Below are positions 51,039 through 63,714 of a stretch of 64,000 nt of DNA, piece after piece. The notes under the pieces are model-generated. The model was not told the DNA's origin. It did not search any database and saw only the letters and a program-made list of their open reading frames with translations. The stretch lies in the NCBI RefSeq assembly GCF_039654945.1, contig NW_027361731.1:25420001-25484000 (forward strand). The letters are read 5' to 3'. The stretch is from Dendrobates tinctorius. Taxonomy: Eukaryota. The number at the start of each line of letters is the position of its first letter. Position 1 is the stretch's first letter. The position numbers and the translations under genes are program-made.

Positions 51039-51435
51039 TGGAGGCTCGATGCTATCGCATCGGGAGGGTGGTAATGTCACGATGGGGGCAGGCTTTGCAG
51101 TGTTGAGAATCTCTCCCCCCATGTGCTCACCACCCCTATCCACTCTCTCTTTCCCCATGTGCTGACTTCTCCCGTCTGTGCTCTCTTCTTTGACCTGTCT
51201 ACCCCATGTACTATCCCCCGTGTCTGCTGTCTCTCTCTCCTTCCTGTGCTGTGTTCTCTCTTCATGTGTTGTCCCGTTTGAGCTGTCTCCCCCCTGTGCT
51301 CTGTCTGTCTCACTCCTGTGTGCTTTCTCTCTCCCCCATCTGCTGTCTTCTCCTCTCATGTCATCTCTTGTTTGACCTGTGCACCCCATCACTAAATGGT
51401 CAGTGCACAGCATGTCAGGAGGAATTTCTATTTAA

Positions 51436-51766
51436 AGGGGTTTTCCCACGAACGAAAGTTCATTTTAAAAATTGTCTTTGTCTGACCATGTACAGAACAT
51501 ACCACAGCTCCTGGGCAGGGGAGGAAGCAAAAGACAATACTGACATTACAGCAGGAGATCGCAGAGGATACATTTTGTGAGGTAAAATATTGTTTAAAAA
51601 CAGTCAGTGAAATATTTTACCTCACAAAATGAATCCTCTGTGATCCCCTGCTGTAATGTCAGTATTGTCTTTTGCTTCCTCCCCTGCCCAGGAGATGTGG
51701 TATGCTCCGTACACGGTCACACACAGACAATGTTTAAAATGAACTTTCGTTTGTGGGAAAACCCCT
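51436..51766. mobile_element. Palindromic MITE with TTAA TSD (T2/Kolobok-type)
   Basis: TTAA|AGGGGTTTTCCCAC...GTGGGAAAACCCCT|TTAA; ~155-bp near-perfect inverted arms. Confidence 0.9.
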
Positions 51767-53454
51767 TTAATGTGACCGGCTTCCTCTGCCTGTAGACATG
51801 TCATGCATCTGCCACCGGGATCAGCCGAATGATTTACTACACCTGCGTGGAATTCGCGCAGGCGCACTAATTCAGAATGCCACCATCTTTGTGCAGACAG
51901 ATTGCAGCGGTCACATTAAAACTGCGCATTTGCTCCTCCTGGACAATGATGGCGGTGGTCAGTGAATCATTCGGCTGATCCCGGAGGTGGCGTGTTCGCG
52001 ACGGTGTTCAGCTGGTGGTACCATGCAAGAGGCTGCGTACGGCGTATACAGTGTATGTGTGTGTGGTGCGACGGTGTTCCACTGGTGGTACCGCGCAAGA
52101 GGCTGGTACCACCAGCAGTTTCCATATTGAGACACCCATCACTTGGGTGTCCCAATATGGAGGTCGGTGAACTTCCGCCGCTTGGAATTCTGGGATCAGA
52201 ACACATCTGGACGGAACAGGATGTGGAGACATTACAAGGTAAGTATATATTGAGATGTCCTGTAGCTACAGTAAAAGGGCTGTCCCGGGAGCCCTTTTAA
52301 ACCGGACCGGGTAAGACACAGATTTAGTAATGCACCTTCTGTTCTGATGCTTTATCCAGGTGTTATAGCGCCCCTGTTTTAGGATACATCCATGCATGAC
52401 ACAGACAGCAGCGAGGGTGCTGCCGGCCTGATAACGGGACTGATGTAGCTTTATTTGCAGAAGCTGCTTTCTTACTTGTTTTTTTCTTCACCCTTTTTAC
52501 AAAAAAAGCCCTGACATTTCCAAGCTTCTTAATATCGATTTAATTCTTTGGAGATTAAAACTTAACACACAGAATAGAAATGAGTGACCTTAGGCCAAAC
52601 CGCAGGGAGGACACGGAGCCGGGAAGAATCGTGTTCTCATTCAGTGAGTGATCCCAGGTGAGCGGGGGGAAAGGAAAAGTGCGGCTAAACTAGCGCCTCG
52701 TTCACACTGCACTCCCTGCTCTGATCTGTCCCTTTAAGAAGTTGCTAAAAGGAGAGCGGTGTAACTCCAATTACTGTCAGCCCGAATCACAGTGATGTCT
52801 TGTTCTCACATCTGCCTCCTCCATAATCACCCCCCCAGTAAACCCATTATCAGTATCGCCTCGACATCGTTATGGACGGCTGCTGGATTAACGTCGTGTT
52901 CGACGGCAAAATGGAAACACTGAACACCAGTTACTATAATCGCCATCATTCTTCTATATTGTGAGCAGCTGATGATCTCGCGTCCGGTCCAGCGCTCGAC
53001 GCCGCGCAGATCGGATTAGAGCAAGTCATAAAACGAGAGACAGAGGAGGAAGACAATGGGATTAGTGGCGGAAAACGAGCAAAGATGATGACGGAGAAGG
53101 CGGATTAATACCATACACGAGTCTACATATACACAGGGCAGGAGAAGTGGTACTGTACAGAGTGTATACAGTGCCTTGAATAAGACTTCACACCCGTGAA
53201 CGTTTCCGCCACACATAATGTAAATCTCTAAGTCCAAAAGTTCTACTTTATTGTCAGCTGACCAGAACCCCTTCTTCCACATGACGGGTAGGGGGCACCG
53301 CGAGCATGTGGAGGAAGGGGCTCTGGTCAGATAATAATATAGTAGAACTCTGGGACTAAATGCAAAATGCTATGACAGCACCAATGATCGAACACACAAT
53401 TCCTCACCGACCTCTCTTGTAATGTGAATTAATGAGGTTGAGTGCCCCCCATAC

Positions 53455-53629
53455 CTGATCCTGGAACATGGCTCCTCCGAAGGCCCAGACCGCGGCAAAT
53501 ACGAAGTACAGCTCATACAGCTCCTTGGGGCTGTCCGGGGGGGTGTTTTCCTTGGTCAGGAGACACTCCAAAAGGTAACACAACATCTGGACCATACTCT
53601 GCTCCGGGATCGGAATGATCATCTTGAAT
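53455..53629 (-). CDS. dnah9: Dynein heavy chain exon (175 nt): [10 protein letters not shown]...[11 protein letters not shown]
   Basis: AG/GT boundaries; phase 2 to 0. Confidence 0.95.
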
Positions 53630-53764
53630 CTAGTGGGAACAGAAAGATAAATAAATGAAAAAGAGTCCAATAACAACTCTGAGCTCAGCTCCAGCCCCAA
53701 ACACATTACCTCAAACCCAGCATAAGAAATGACCATTCACTATAGGAAACTATAGAATACCTCA

Positions 53765-54410
53765 TAGCCCAGCAGCGAGAGCCGACAGCCCACCCTCGCT
53801 AGCCCACAGCTCATCCTCGAGAGCCCACAGCTCATCCTCTAGAGCTCACGACCCATCCTCTAGAGCTCACAGCTCATCCTTGAGAGCCCACGGCTCATCC
53901 TCGTGAACCTCCGGGCCGGTCTCAAGAGCCTACAGCCCATCCTCGAGAGCACACAGCCCATCCTCGAGAGCCCACAGCCCCTCCCCAAGAGACCACAGTC
54001 AATCCTTGAGACCCCACAGCTGATCCTCAACAGCACACAGCCCAACCTCAAGAGCCAATAGCTCATCCTCGAGAGCACACAGTCCGGCCTTGAAAGACTA
54101 CGGCCTGGTCTTGGGAGCCCAAAGCTCATCCTCAAGAGCCCACAGCTCATCCTCAAGAGCCCACAGCTCATCCTCAAGATCCCACAGCTCATCCTCCAGA
54201 GCCCACATCCCATCCTCGAGAACAAACGGTCTGTTCTCGAGAGCCGATTGCTCATCCTCGAGAGCCCAGAGCCCACCCTCAAGAGCCCACATCCCATCCT
54301 TGAGGACCCACAGCCCAGCCTTAAGAGTCCACAGCCCATCCATGAGGACACACAGCCTATTTTCCAGAGCCCATAGCTAAGAATAAAGCATCCACAACAA
54401 AGCATTGAGC
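53765..54410. repeat. 21-bp degenerate minisatellite (GAGCCCACAGCTCATCCTCGA)
   Basis: About 30 copies. Confidence 0.9.
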
Positions 54411-55349
54411 TCACAACAAAGCCTTGCACGTCTAAAGCGCCCACAAGCGACCCCACGCCCCTTCAATCCCACATGCAGCACCTCATGTCAACAGCCTTGT
54501 GGCTTCTTGCATTGCTACACAACCAGGTTGCTCTGGGATAAGAGCGAGGTGACAAGTAAGGTGTGTGCTACACCGGAGACTGCACAGGTTGTCACTCAAC
54601 TTTCACAAAAACTGATTCAAGTAAAATAATTCAGAATTTTTACCGAAAATGGGTGACTGGAGGACATGTGGTCTGTGATTATTTGCAGATTTCCTCATTA
54701 TAGCATAAGGGACACAGACGAGGAGAGATCATCCCGGGCTCCTCGGCTGCATCCTCATCGGGGGAACGAATAAACAGATGCTCCGTCCTCGTCTGTACAG
54801 AAATGCATTGAAGCTAGAATCCGCATATGTCGCTGCCGCCTGAGAGCAGGTGTTCACAGATCTGATGTGTGGATATGATCGGCATGCACATGAAACACGG
54901 GAACGTGGCGGGGCCCGACCATTAGTTCTATGATGTGCGATCAATGGGGAAACATTGGATCCTAATTAAAACTGTCTGTAGCCGCTAAGTCGCCTCTACA
55001 TGGTGACTGGGTGTAAAGGGACTGTGTGATGGAAACAGGCAGAACCAGAGGTGCCTTTACCACCCATGGCAATAATTAATCAGCTGCCGGTAATCGTGTG
55101 GACGCAGAGCGATGGCTAAAAACAGTTCCACTCCATCAGCAAACTCCTCTCCTAAACTCTTCATCAGTGCAGATCCAATGGCTAAGTAAAAGAGGCGGAG
55201 GGGGCCCCCCTGGGACCTGTGTGACATATGGATCTATAGGGGGTATATGAGGAGAGCAGAGTCGGTCAGCTCCACAGGGGCCCCGTCTACAGCTATCGGC
55301 ACCCCCAGGTTATGGCTAGTTCCTTTGCCAGACCTCTCGGTGACATTAC

Positions 55350-55497
55350 CTTGTTCTCAGCGTGTCCAGGCACACAGGCAGATACTTGTCGAAGAGGATA
55401 GTCAGGTTGGCCCTCTCGGACTGGACCTCCCGCTTGTCTATCCAGCTGGTGACTGGAGGGTTCCAGCCCAGGTCGGCCGGGTTGATGTACAGGATCC
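55350..55497 (-). CDS. dnah9: Dynein heavy chain exon (148 nt): [11 protein letters not shown]...CLDTLRTR
   Basis: AG/GT boundaries; phase 1 to 2. Confidence 0.95.
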
Positions 55498-55983
55498 CTG
55501 TAGAGGCAGACAGATGGGTCACCGTGGACAAATACACAATACCAAGTGCACAGCACGGGGCAGGTGGCACATGATCAGATTGCCGGCTTTCACTACTTCC
55601 CTATTTTAGGACTGAGGTCCCCTCCGTCCTCTGACTTGTGGGGTCTGCACAAAAATCTCAGTGTGGAAAATTGACCTGCATCTGATGTGGATTTTATCCA
55701 ATGACTTCAATGGGGAGATCCAAATCTCTTTACTGCTGGCTTCCCCTGAAACGATGTCTCCTTCCATGTGACCACAGCAGCCAATCACGTGTTGCATCGG
55801 TCACTTCGGACCAGACGTCATCACGGAATGGTGCCGAATCTGCCCCAAATGCTGCATATTCTGGTGCGGATTTGCTGCTGTGTGCGGTAATATTTCCACT
55901 TTTTCCATAGATGTAAAACGCATAGTTTTTTCCATACCCATCGTCGTCCTCGTGGCCCCTTCAGGGGCCGGGTAAGACCTCAC

Positions 55984-56092
55984 CTGCTCTGGAAACTGTA
56001 GCCGGGGTGGCCGTCCTCAGGTGACTGATCTCAAACACCAGTCGCATGGTCGGATTTAGAGGGATTCGCTCATTACTGGCCAGAGTTAATAC
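55984..56092 (-). CDS. dnah9: Dynein heavy chain exon (109 nt): [12 protein letters not shown]...[10 protein letters not shown]
   Basis: Translated by hand (not in ORF track); AG/GT boundaries; phase 0 to 1. Confidence 0.95.
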
Positions 56093-56193
56093 CTGAGGAT
56101 GAAACAGGAGGACATTTGTTATAACAGGGCGACCGCACAGCCCTGGGGACCTTTATAAATTGCAGGGACAGGACTAGAGGACCCCCTCTGCTA

Positions 56194-56338
56194 GGCCGGG
56201 GTCAGACTTGCGAGAAACTCGGACGAGTCTTGCACGTCAATACCCGGCACTGCCGCCGGCACTCGGGACCGGAGCGTTCAGCTGCATAGAAATACATAGA
56301 AATACTCGTCCGAATTTCTCGCAAGTCTGACCCCGGCC
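56194..56338. mobile_element. Short MITE, probably PIF/Harbinger-type
   Basis: ~35-bp TIRs GGCCGGGGTCAGACTTGCGAGAAA.TCGGACGAGT; flanks CTA / TTA. Confidence 0.8.
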
Positions 56339-56603
56339 TTAGTACTGCAATCTACAATGATACTGGTGCATACCCGAGCGTTCTCTAGTTGTTAGTGCTG
56401 CAGGGTGGCTGTCAATCACAGCAGTGGGCACAGCTCTACCATCACGTACATGCAATTTCCCACAGAGGGTGTAAAATGCGGGGGGCACAACTTTGCTCTC
56501 AGATGTTGTGAGTCCGACCACGATCAGCGAAGACACCATGGGAGTTTGCGGTGCCACTGAAATTAATCTGCATTTGGCGTGCGCCCGTCTTCCCATCACA
56601 TAC

Positions 56604-56731
56604 CTTATTATCATCCATGACGGTGTTCAAGGACTCAATCCACATTGGATCGATATCTCCGTCCAGGACGATCCACTTGGGCCCGTCATGTGTGATGTTG
56701 GCCAGTTCACGCATGATTGAGGAGAACAGAC
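56604..56731 (-). CDS. dnah9: Dynein heavy chain exon (128 nt): LFSSIMRE...[24 protein letters not shown]
   Basis: AG/GT boundaries; phase 1 to 0. Confidence 0.95.
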
Positions 56732-57068
56732 CTGCGACAAACAGAGAATATTAATGGCGGCCTCCAGGGCCGGACTTCCCGGCCTCATCTGTTGGAGATC
56801 TCAGCTCCACAGTCCACCCTCTGCCCCCAATTGTCTCTGTGCTTCCATTACTGAGCCCATTGGTGACATATCTGGTTATGTAAAGGGATATTCTGTAATA
56901 CCTATCCTCCCCTCACCCACGCTGACACATAAATGTCCGAGGGTCTCCACACCCGGAGCTCAGGCAAGTTTATCTGTCAGGACAGCGGAGATCCTGGACC
57001 ACTGGGGGTCCTGGGACCCCTGCCCTACTAATCTGCTGCCCCAGTGATAGGATGCATGGTGATGTTAC

Positions 57069-57279
57069 CGTCTTTCCACTCGCGGGTGGCCGGATTGATG
57101 ATGCCGAACAGCTCATCGTTGGTGACAGCTTTGGGGTTGAGGTCGGTCCACACGGGCCGCCTCTTCATGATTTGGTAGGTCTTGTTCAGGGACTTCAGCA
57201 CCTGAGATTTCCCCGTCCCGGCATTGCCAACGATAAAGACAGAGTGACGGACGGCCAGCAGCTCCTCCAGCTGGACCAC
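57069..57279 (-). CDS. dnah9: Dynein heavy chain exon (211 nt): VVQLEELL...GNAGTGKS...WKDG (AAA2 P-loop)
   Basis: AG/GT boundaries; phase 0 to 1; Walker A. Confidence 0.95.
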
Positions 57280-57427
57280 CTAAAGGGAACACACAGAGGG
57301 TTACATCCGCCCAATGTGAGTTGTGCAGTTTCTACATTTCTAATTGGAGGTATTTGCTATAATATTATTAATGCTACACCTACTACATATAGGGATAGGA
57401 TCTCGGAGATGGGAATACCCCTTTAAT

Positions 57428-60400
57428 GTAGAAACACCCATCCACATTTCCTGTAGAAAGACACTTACACACTTCCTGTAGAAAAACGTGCCCACACGTC
57501 CTGTACATAGACGCGCCCACATTCCAGTATAAAGACAAGCCCATATTCCAGTATAAAGACACGCCCACATTCCAGTATAAAGACCTGCCCACATTCCAGT
57601 ATAAAGACGCCCACATTAAAGTATAAAGACCTGCCCACATTCCAGTATAAAGACACGCCCACATTCCAGTATAAAGACCTACCCACACTTCCTGTAGAAA
57701 GATAAAAATCCATCTACAGTTCATGTAGAGAAAAGACCCGCCCACACATCCTGTAGAGAAAATACCTACCCACCCTTCCTGAAGAGAATAGAACCGCCTA
57801 GACTTCTCGTGGAGAAAGTGCATGTCTACACTTCCCAAAGAGAAAAAACCCACCCACACTTCCTGGATAGAAAAGACTGGCCAATAATTCCTGTGGAAAA
57901 AAGACCTGCACTCACTTCTGTAGAGACAAAGATCTGCCAACACTTCCCATAGAAAAAAGACCTGCCCACACCGCCTATAAAAAGATAAAACCCTGCCCAC
58001 ACTTCCTGTAGAAAGATATAGACCAGCCCACACTTCCTGTAGAAAGATATAGACCAGCCCACGCTTACTGTAGAAAGATATAGATGTGTCCACACTTCTT
58101 GAAGAAAGATATAGACCCGCCTACACTTCTTGTAGAAAGATATAGACCAGCCCACACTTCCTGTAGAAAGCTATAGACCAGCCCACACTTCCTGTAGAAA
58201 GATATATACGAGCCCATGCTTCCTGTACAAAGATATAGATGTGCTCACACTTCTTGTAGAAAGACATAGACCCGCTCACACTTCCTGTAGAAAGATATAG
58301 ACCAACCCACACTTCCTGTAGAAAGATATAGACCAGCCCACACTTCCTGTAGAAAGATATAGACCAGCCCACACTTCCTGTAGAGAGATATAAACCAGCC
58401 CACGCTTCCTGTAGAAAGATATAGACCAGCCCACGCTTCCTGTAGAAAGATATAGATGTGCTCACACTTCTTGTAGAAAGATATAGACCAGCCTACACTT
58501 CCTGTAGAAAGATATAGACCAGCCCACACTGCTTGTAGAAAGATATAGACCAGCCCATGCTTCCTGTAGAAAGATATAGACCAGCCCACGCTTCCTGTAG
58601 AAAGATATAGACCCGCCCACATTTCCTGTAGAAAGATATAGACCGGCTCATGCTTCCTGTAGAAAGATATAGACCCGCCCACACTTCCTGTGGAAAGATA
58701 TAGACCAGCTCACACTTCTTGTAGAAAGATATAGACCAACCCACACTTCCTGTGGAAAGGTAGAAAGATATAGACCCGCCCACATTTCCTGTAGAAAGAT
58801 ATAGACCGGCCCATGCTTCCTGTAGAAAGATATAGACCCGCCCACACTTACTGTAGAAAGATATAGACCAGCCCACACTTCCTGCAGAAAGATATAGACC
58901 AGCCCACGCTTCCTGTAGAAAGATATAGACCAGCCCATACTTGCTGTAGAAATATATAGACCCGCCCACACTTACAATAGAAAGATATATACACCCGCCC
59001 ACACTTCCTGTAGAAAGATATAGACCAGCCCACACTTCCTGTAGAAAGATATAGACCAGCCCACACTTCCTGTAGAAAGATATAGACCCGCCCACGCTTC
59101 CTGTAGAAAGATATAGACCGGCCCATGCTTCCTGTAGAAAGATATAGACCCGCCCACACTTCCTGTAGAAAGATATAGACCAGCTCACACTTCTTGTAGA
59201 AAGATATAGACCAACCCACACTTCCTGTGGAAAGGTAGAAAGATATAGACCCGCCCACATTTCCTGTAGAAAGATATAGACCAGCCCACACTTCCTGTAG
59301 AAAGATATAGACCAGCCCATGCTTCCTGTAGAAAGATATAGACCCGCCCATGCTTCCTGTAGAAAGATATAGACCGGCCCACGCTTCCTGTAGAAAGATA
59401 TAGACCAGCCCACACTTCCTGTAGAAAGATATAGACCCGCCCACGCTTCCTGTAGAAAGATATAGACTGGCCCACGCTTCCTGTAGAAAGATATAGACCA
59501 GCCCACACTTCCTGTAGAAAGATATAGACCCGCCCACGCTTCCTGTAGAAAGATATAGACCGGCCCACGCTTCCTGTAGAAAGATATAGACCGGCTCATG
59601 CTTCCTGTAGAAAGATATAGACCCGCTCACACTTCCTGTAGAAAGATATAGACCAGCTCACACTTCTTGTAGAAAGATATAGACCAACCCACATTTCCTG
59701 TGGAAAGGTAGAAAGATATAGACCCGCCCACATTTCCTGTAGAAAGATATAGACCGGCCCATGCTTCCTGTAGAAAGATATAGACCCGCCCACACTTACT
59801 GTAGAAAGATATAGACCAGCCCACACTTCCTGCAGAAAGATATAGACCAGCCCACACTTCCTGCAGAAAGATATAGACCAGCCCACGCTTCCTGTAGAAA
59901 GATATAGACCAGCCCACACTTCCTGTAGAAAGATATAGACCCGCCCACACTTACTATAGAAAGATATAGACCCGCCCACACTTCCTGTAGAAAGATATAG
60001 ACCAGCCCACACTTCCTGTAGAAAGATATAGACCCGCCCACACTTCCTGTAGAAAGATATAGACCAGCCCACACTTCCTGTAGAAAGATATAGACCAGCC
60101 CACACTTCCTGTAGAAAGATATAGACCCGCCCACGCTTCCTGTAGAAAGATAGACCGGCCCATGCTTTCTGTAGAAAGATATAGACCAGCCCACACTTCC
60201 TGTAGAAAGATATAGACCCGCCCACACTTCCTGTAGAAAGATATAGACCGGCCCACGCTTCCTATAGAAAGATATAGACCGGCCCATGCTTCCTGTAGAA
60301 AGATATAGACCCGCCCACACTTCCTGTAGAAAGATATAGACCAGCTCACACTTCTTGTAGAAAGATATAGACCAACCCACACTTCCTGTGGAAAGGTAGA

Positions 60401-60646
60401 AAGATATAGACCCGCCCACATTTCCTGTAGAAAGATGTAGACCAGCCCACACTTCCTGTAGAAAGATATAGACCAGCCCATGCTTCCTGTAGAAAGATAT
60501 AGACCCGCCCACATTTCCAGTAGAAATATATAGACCGGCCCATGCTTCCTGTAGAAAGATATAGACCCGCCCACACTTACTGTAGAAAGATATAGACGGG
60601 CCCACGCTTCCTGTAGAAAGATATAGACCGGCCCATGCTTCCTGTA
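57428..60646. repeat. 31-bp minisatellite (GAAAGATATAGACCAGCCCACACTTCCTGTA), ~3.2 kb
   Basis: About 100 copies; diverged at 57428-58000, homogeneous afterwards. Confidence 0.97.
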
Positions 60647-60827
60647 ATCCTTCTCTGCTGCTACATATTACATTTGACAACACGCAGAGGACAGAAAATT
60701 ACACGGAGGGCAGTCGCCTAGTGGACGGCACCTTGGAGGACATTTTTGGGCATTATGCCTGATTTTGGGTAGTTTGGTCGTTCTGGTGATCTGGCATTGA
60801 TTACACACACAACTACAGGGCTTTTAC

Positions 60828-61115
60828 CTTAAGTATAAAGTTGTCCTCCGCCTGCAATTTCAGGTCCAGAACCGCCTGTTTCACAAATGTCTCAAAGTCC
60901 ATATCTCTCTTCCGGGGCACGTCCAGTGCGGGGAAGAGATCTCCAATGAGACCCATGAACACCGGCATGTCATCAGTGACAATCTTGGGAATGTTGAAGT
61001 CACGCAAAGCTCTCATGAGGACCTGGTCTTCAGGGCGGCCGGGGTCTCCTCTCTTCAGGGACCCCGCTACCACCAATACAGACTTGATAGCTCTCAGACC
61101 CCAGTCATAGTGGTC
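60828..61115 (-). CDS. dnah9: Dynein heavy chain exon (288 nt): [12 protein letters not shown]...AEDNFILK
   Basis: AG/GT boundaries; phase 0 to 0; HYDWGLR motif. Confidence 0.95.
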
Positions 61116-61892
61116 CTATGGGGGGAGATAATAGAAAATGCACCTAACAGATAGGATATACAGTACAAGGGAGGAAAACAACATTTTAAAGGGATTTCCC
61201 TAGTTTTATGGGGGTCTCTCCAATTTTATAATAGGGGGCAATTCAGCTCCGAGTTTCTGGAGTAGTATGCGCCTCCATAAGGAAAACAGGACAGGAAGAA
61301 GAATTCTAGAAATGAATGATGAATTGAGACGTAATATGTAAGGAGATGGCACCGGCAGGCGCATGGTTAAGCCGGCGGAACTGCGCTCATTATTTACTCC
61401 GTACTTTAGCTACAAGTGGAAACGTTTTCCACTTCAGACGACTATTCAGTGCCGACGTGCGAGTCGCTGCGTTACATCATTGGGACCTTTTATCATACAG
61501 GAATGTATGGTAGCTGGAGGACGGTCACTTCACTGACCCACGTAGAAAAGGTTGGATTGTTCTGCTCCGCTGCTAAATGACAATGTCGCTTGTCGGCACG
61601 ACACAACGGGAGTGACACCGTGACCTTTTACATAGCAGAGAAAAGATGAGCAAAGTTACCCAATTCAGCAGTAAAGTCCGGATGGACTGTCTGACCGAGA
61701 GCGCTGCTGGGTAATGACTGATATCCAGTGTGATCCAACAGGATCAGCATGACATGAAGGAGGCGGCGGAGAAGAGTGGGAGACTAAATAATCAGCAGCC
61801 GATATGTGTGGGATGGGGGGCACAACTAGGATGAGAAGTCCCAAACAGAGCCAGGAAAGTGAGTACAACGCAGGGCCCAAAATGAGTTACTG

Positions 61893-62402
61893 TACATCCT
61901 GTATTATACTCCAGAGCTGCACTCACTATTCTGCTGGTGCAGTCACTGTGTACATACATTACATTACTGATCCTGAGTTACATCCTGTATTATACCCCAG
62001 AGCCGCACTCACTATTCTGCTGGTGCAGTCACTGTGTACATACAATACATTACTGATCCTGAGTTACCTCCTGTATTATACCCCAGAGCTGCACTCACTA
62101 TTCTGCTGGTGCAGTCACTGTGTACATACATTACATTACTGATCCTGAGTTACATCCTGTATTATACTTCAGAGCTGCACTCACTATTCTGCTGGTGCAG
62201 TCACTGTGTACATAAATTACATTACTGATCCTGAGTTACATCCTGTATTATACTTCAGAGCTGCACTCACTATTCTGCTGGTGCAGTCACTGTGTACATA
62301 CATTACATTACTGATCCTGAGTTACATCCTGTATTATACTGCAGAACTGCACTCACTATTCTGCTGGTGCAGTCACTGAGTACATAAATTACATTACTGA
62401 TC
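61893..62402. repeat. 86-bp tandem repeat, second array
   Basis: About 6 copies; same unit and orientation as 37879-39892. Confidence 0.95.
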
Positions 62403-62737
62403 AAGCACTGATGCAAATCAACAAGCAAGAAATATCTGGAGATTTGCACTTTGACACTTGCGGAATTGAGATTTCTGCTCTGGAGTAAAGCAAATGATCC
62501 GTATTCGCCAGATTATACGGACAGAGGAACATTTGGTTCAGAAAGAGATTAAATGTGGAAACTTTTTCATTAGCCCCGTAAGAGCGATGACCGGGGGTCG
62601 TGCGGCAGAGACTGCAGGACCCTGATGCCCCTGGACACAGGACGAAGCTGCTATGCAGCGGGACAGTGAAGGGAAGCACTGAAGCTGCGAGTTCTTCTGT
62701 GACCCGCTGGCGCTGATCCGTGGAGTGGACCACGTAC

Positions 62738-62876
62738 CTGCTTGGACAGGAGCTCCTTGCACAGCTGGTACAGGGTGATAAACTTCCGGGCGAGCAGCCG
62801 GGCGTCAATGAATCCTTCTGCCACCAACATAATCTCACAGATCAGCTCAAAGTCCGGGACCACCATAGCGCAGGGC
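62738..62876 (-). CDS. dnah9: Dynein heavy chain exon (139 nt): [17 protein letters not shown]...CKELLSKQ
   Basis: AG/GT boundaries; phase 2 to 0; inside track ORF 62651..62956. Confidence 0.95.
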
Positions 62877-63035
62877 CTAAGGCGAAGAGGTAGAGGGTTT
62901 ATGGTCAATGAAGTCGCAGACTTTGCCGCCATGATGATAGAGGGCAGGACTACCACGTTTGATACTCATCGATACATCTGTGGCGGGAGCAGGATTTTAC
63001 TACACACCCTACTGAGACGTGAGAGAACCTGACAC

Positions 63036-63186
63036 AGGGGGGGATCTTCCTCAGGGGGAATCTTACTCTTGAGGTGGGGGATCTTCCTCAGGGGGAATCT
63101 TACTCTTGGGGGGGATCTTACTCAGGTAAGATCTTAGGGGGATCTTCCTCAGGTTGATCTTAGTCAAGGAGATCTCACTCAGGGGG
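63036..63186. repeat. Short degenerate repeat (GGGGGATCTT[A/C]CTCAG)
   Basis: Several imperfect copies. Confidence 0.7.
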
Positions 63187-63228
63187 TCATCGTGCGATTT
63201 CGGCGGTGTACGGAGGGAAGTTTCCTAC

Positions 63229-63386
63229 CTGAACAGCGCCTTTAGGTTCTCCGGCAGCTCAGTGCGGCCGGCGTAGCCCGGATTCATAGTGATGAAGATC
63301 CCCACTGAGGGGATCAGGTTGATCTCTTCTCCCAGGAAGTTGAACCTCTTCTTCTTGTCCCTGATGGCGTCTTGTATGCACTTCAC
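63229..63386 (-). CDS. dnah9: Dynein heavy chain exon (158 nt): [12 protein letters not shown]...[23 protein letters not shown] (AAA1)
   Basis: AG acceptor at 63388-63387, GT donor at 63228-63227; phase 0 to 2. Confidence 0.95.
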
Positions 63387-63714
63387 CTGTTGATGACAAT
63401 GTAGACGGCGAAACGTTGTGAGAATTGAAGCCAGACATGAATCCTGTCAGCAGGCTACACAGACATTACTAGTGCATCAGCTGACAGTAGTAGTCCTCAG
63501 GGGCTAAAGCACCAGAAATATGAGCCAGACTCCCATCCGCCGGCTGCTGACCCTGCTGTGTGCTAATGAGGGAAAATCGCCTGAAAAAGCTGTGGATGAC
63601 TGATGTTAGGTTCTATAGAAGGACGTAGATCTGGGGATTTATTCTGACGGAATAAAGGCTGAACTGGATGGACTAATGTCTTTTTTTTGGCCTTGCTATC
63701 TATGTTACTATGTT

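Larger units (their letters stand above)
3343..63386 (-). other. dnah9: Gene span (partial, 22 exons): axonemal outer-arm dynein heavy chain, DNAH9-like
   Basis: 22 GT-AG exons splice in phase to 1373 codons without stops. Contains dynein motifs [26 protein letters not shown], Walker A GNAGTGKS (x2), GVGGSGKQ and the stalk/MTBD. Segments such as [27 protein letters not shown] and [10 protein letters not shown] match my recollection of DNAH9 better than DNAH17/DNAH11; the paralog call needs BLAST or phylogeny. Confidence 0.8.

Noticed and set aside
53860-54456. 198-aa heptad-repeat ORF, and similar ORFs at 50596-51413 and 28976-29894
   Set aside because: Translations of the 21-, 30- and 32-bp minisatellites with no splice or domain support.
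57340-60683. Many hydrophobic ORFs (e.g. 368 aa, 295 aa)
   Set aside because: Artefacts of the 31-bp minisatellite.
3343-63386. Dynein pseudogene, or assignment to DNAH17/DNAH11
   Set aside because: All exons are in phase with canonical splice sites and no stops. Recalled residues favour DNAH9, though DNAH17 is not formally excluded without a search.
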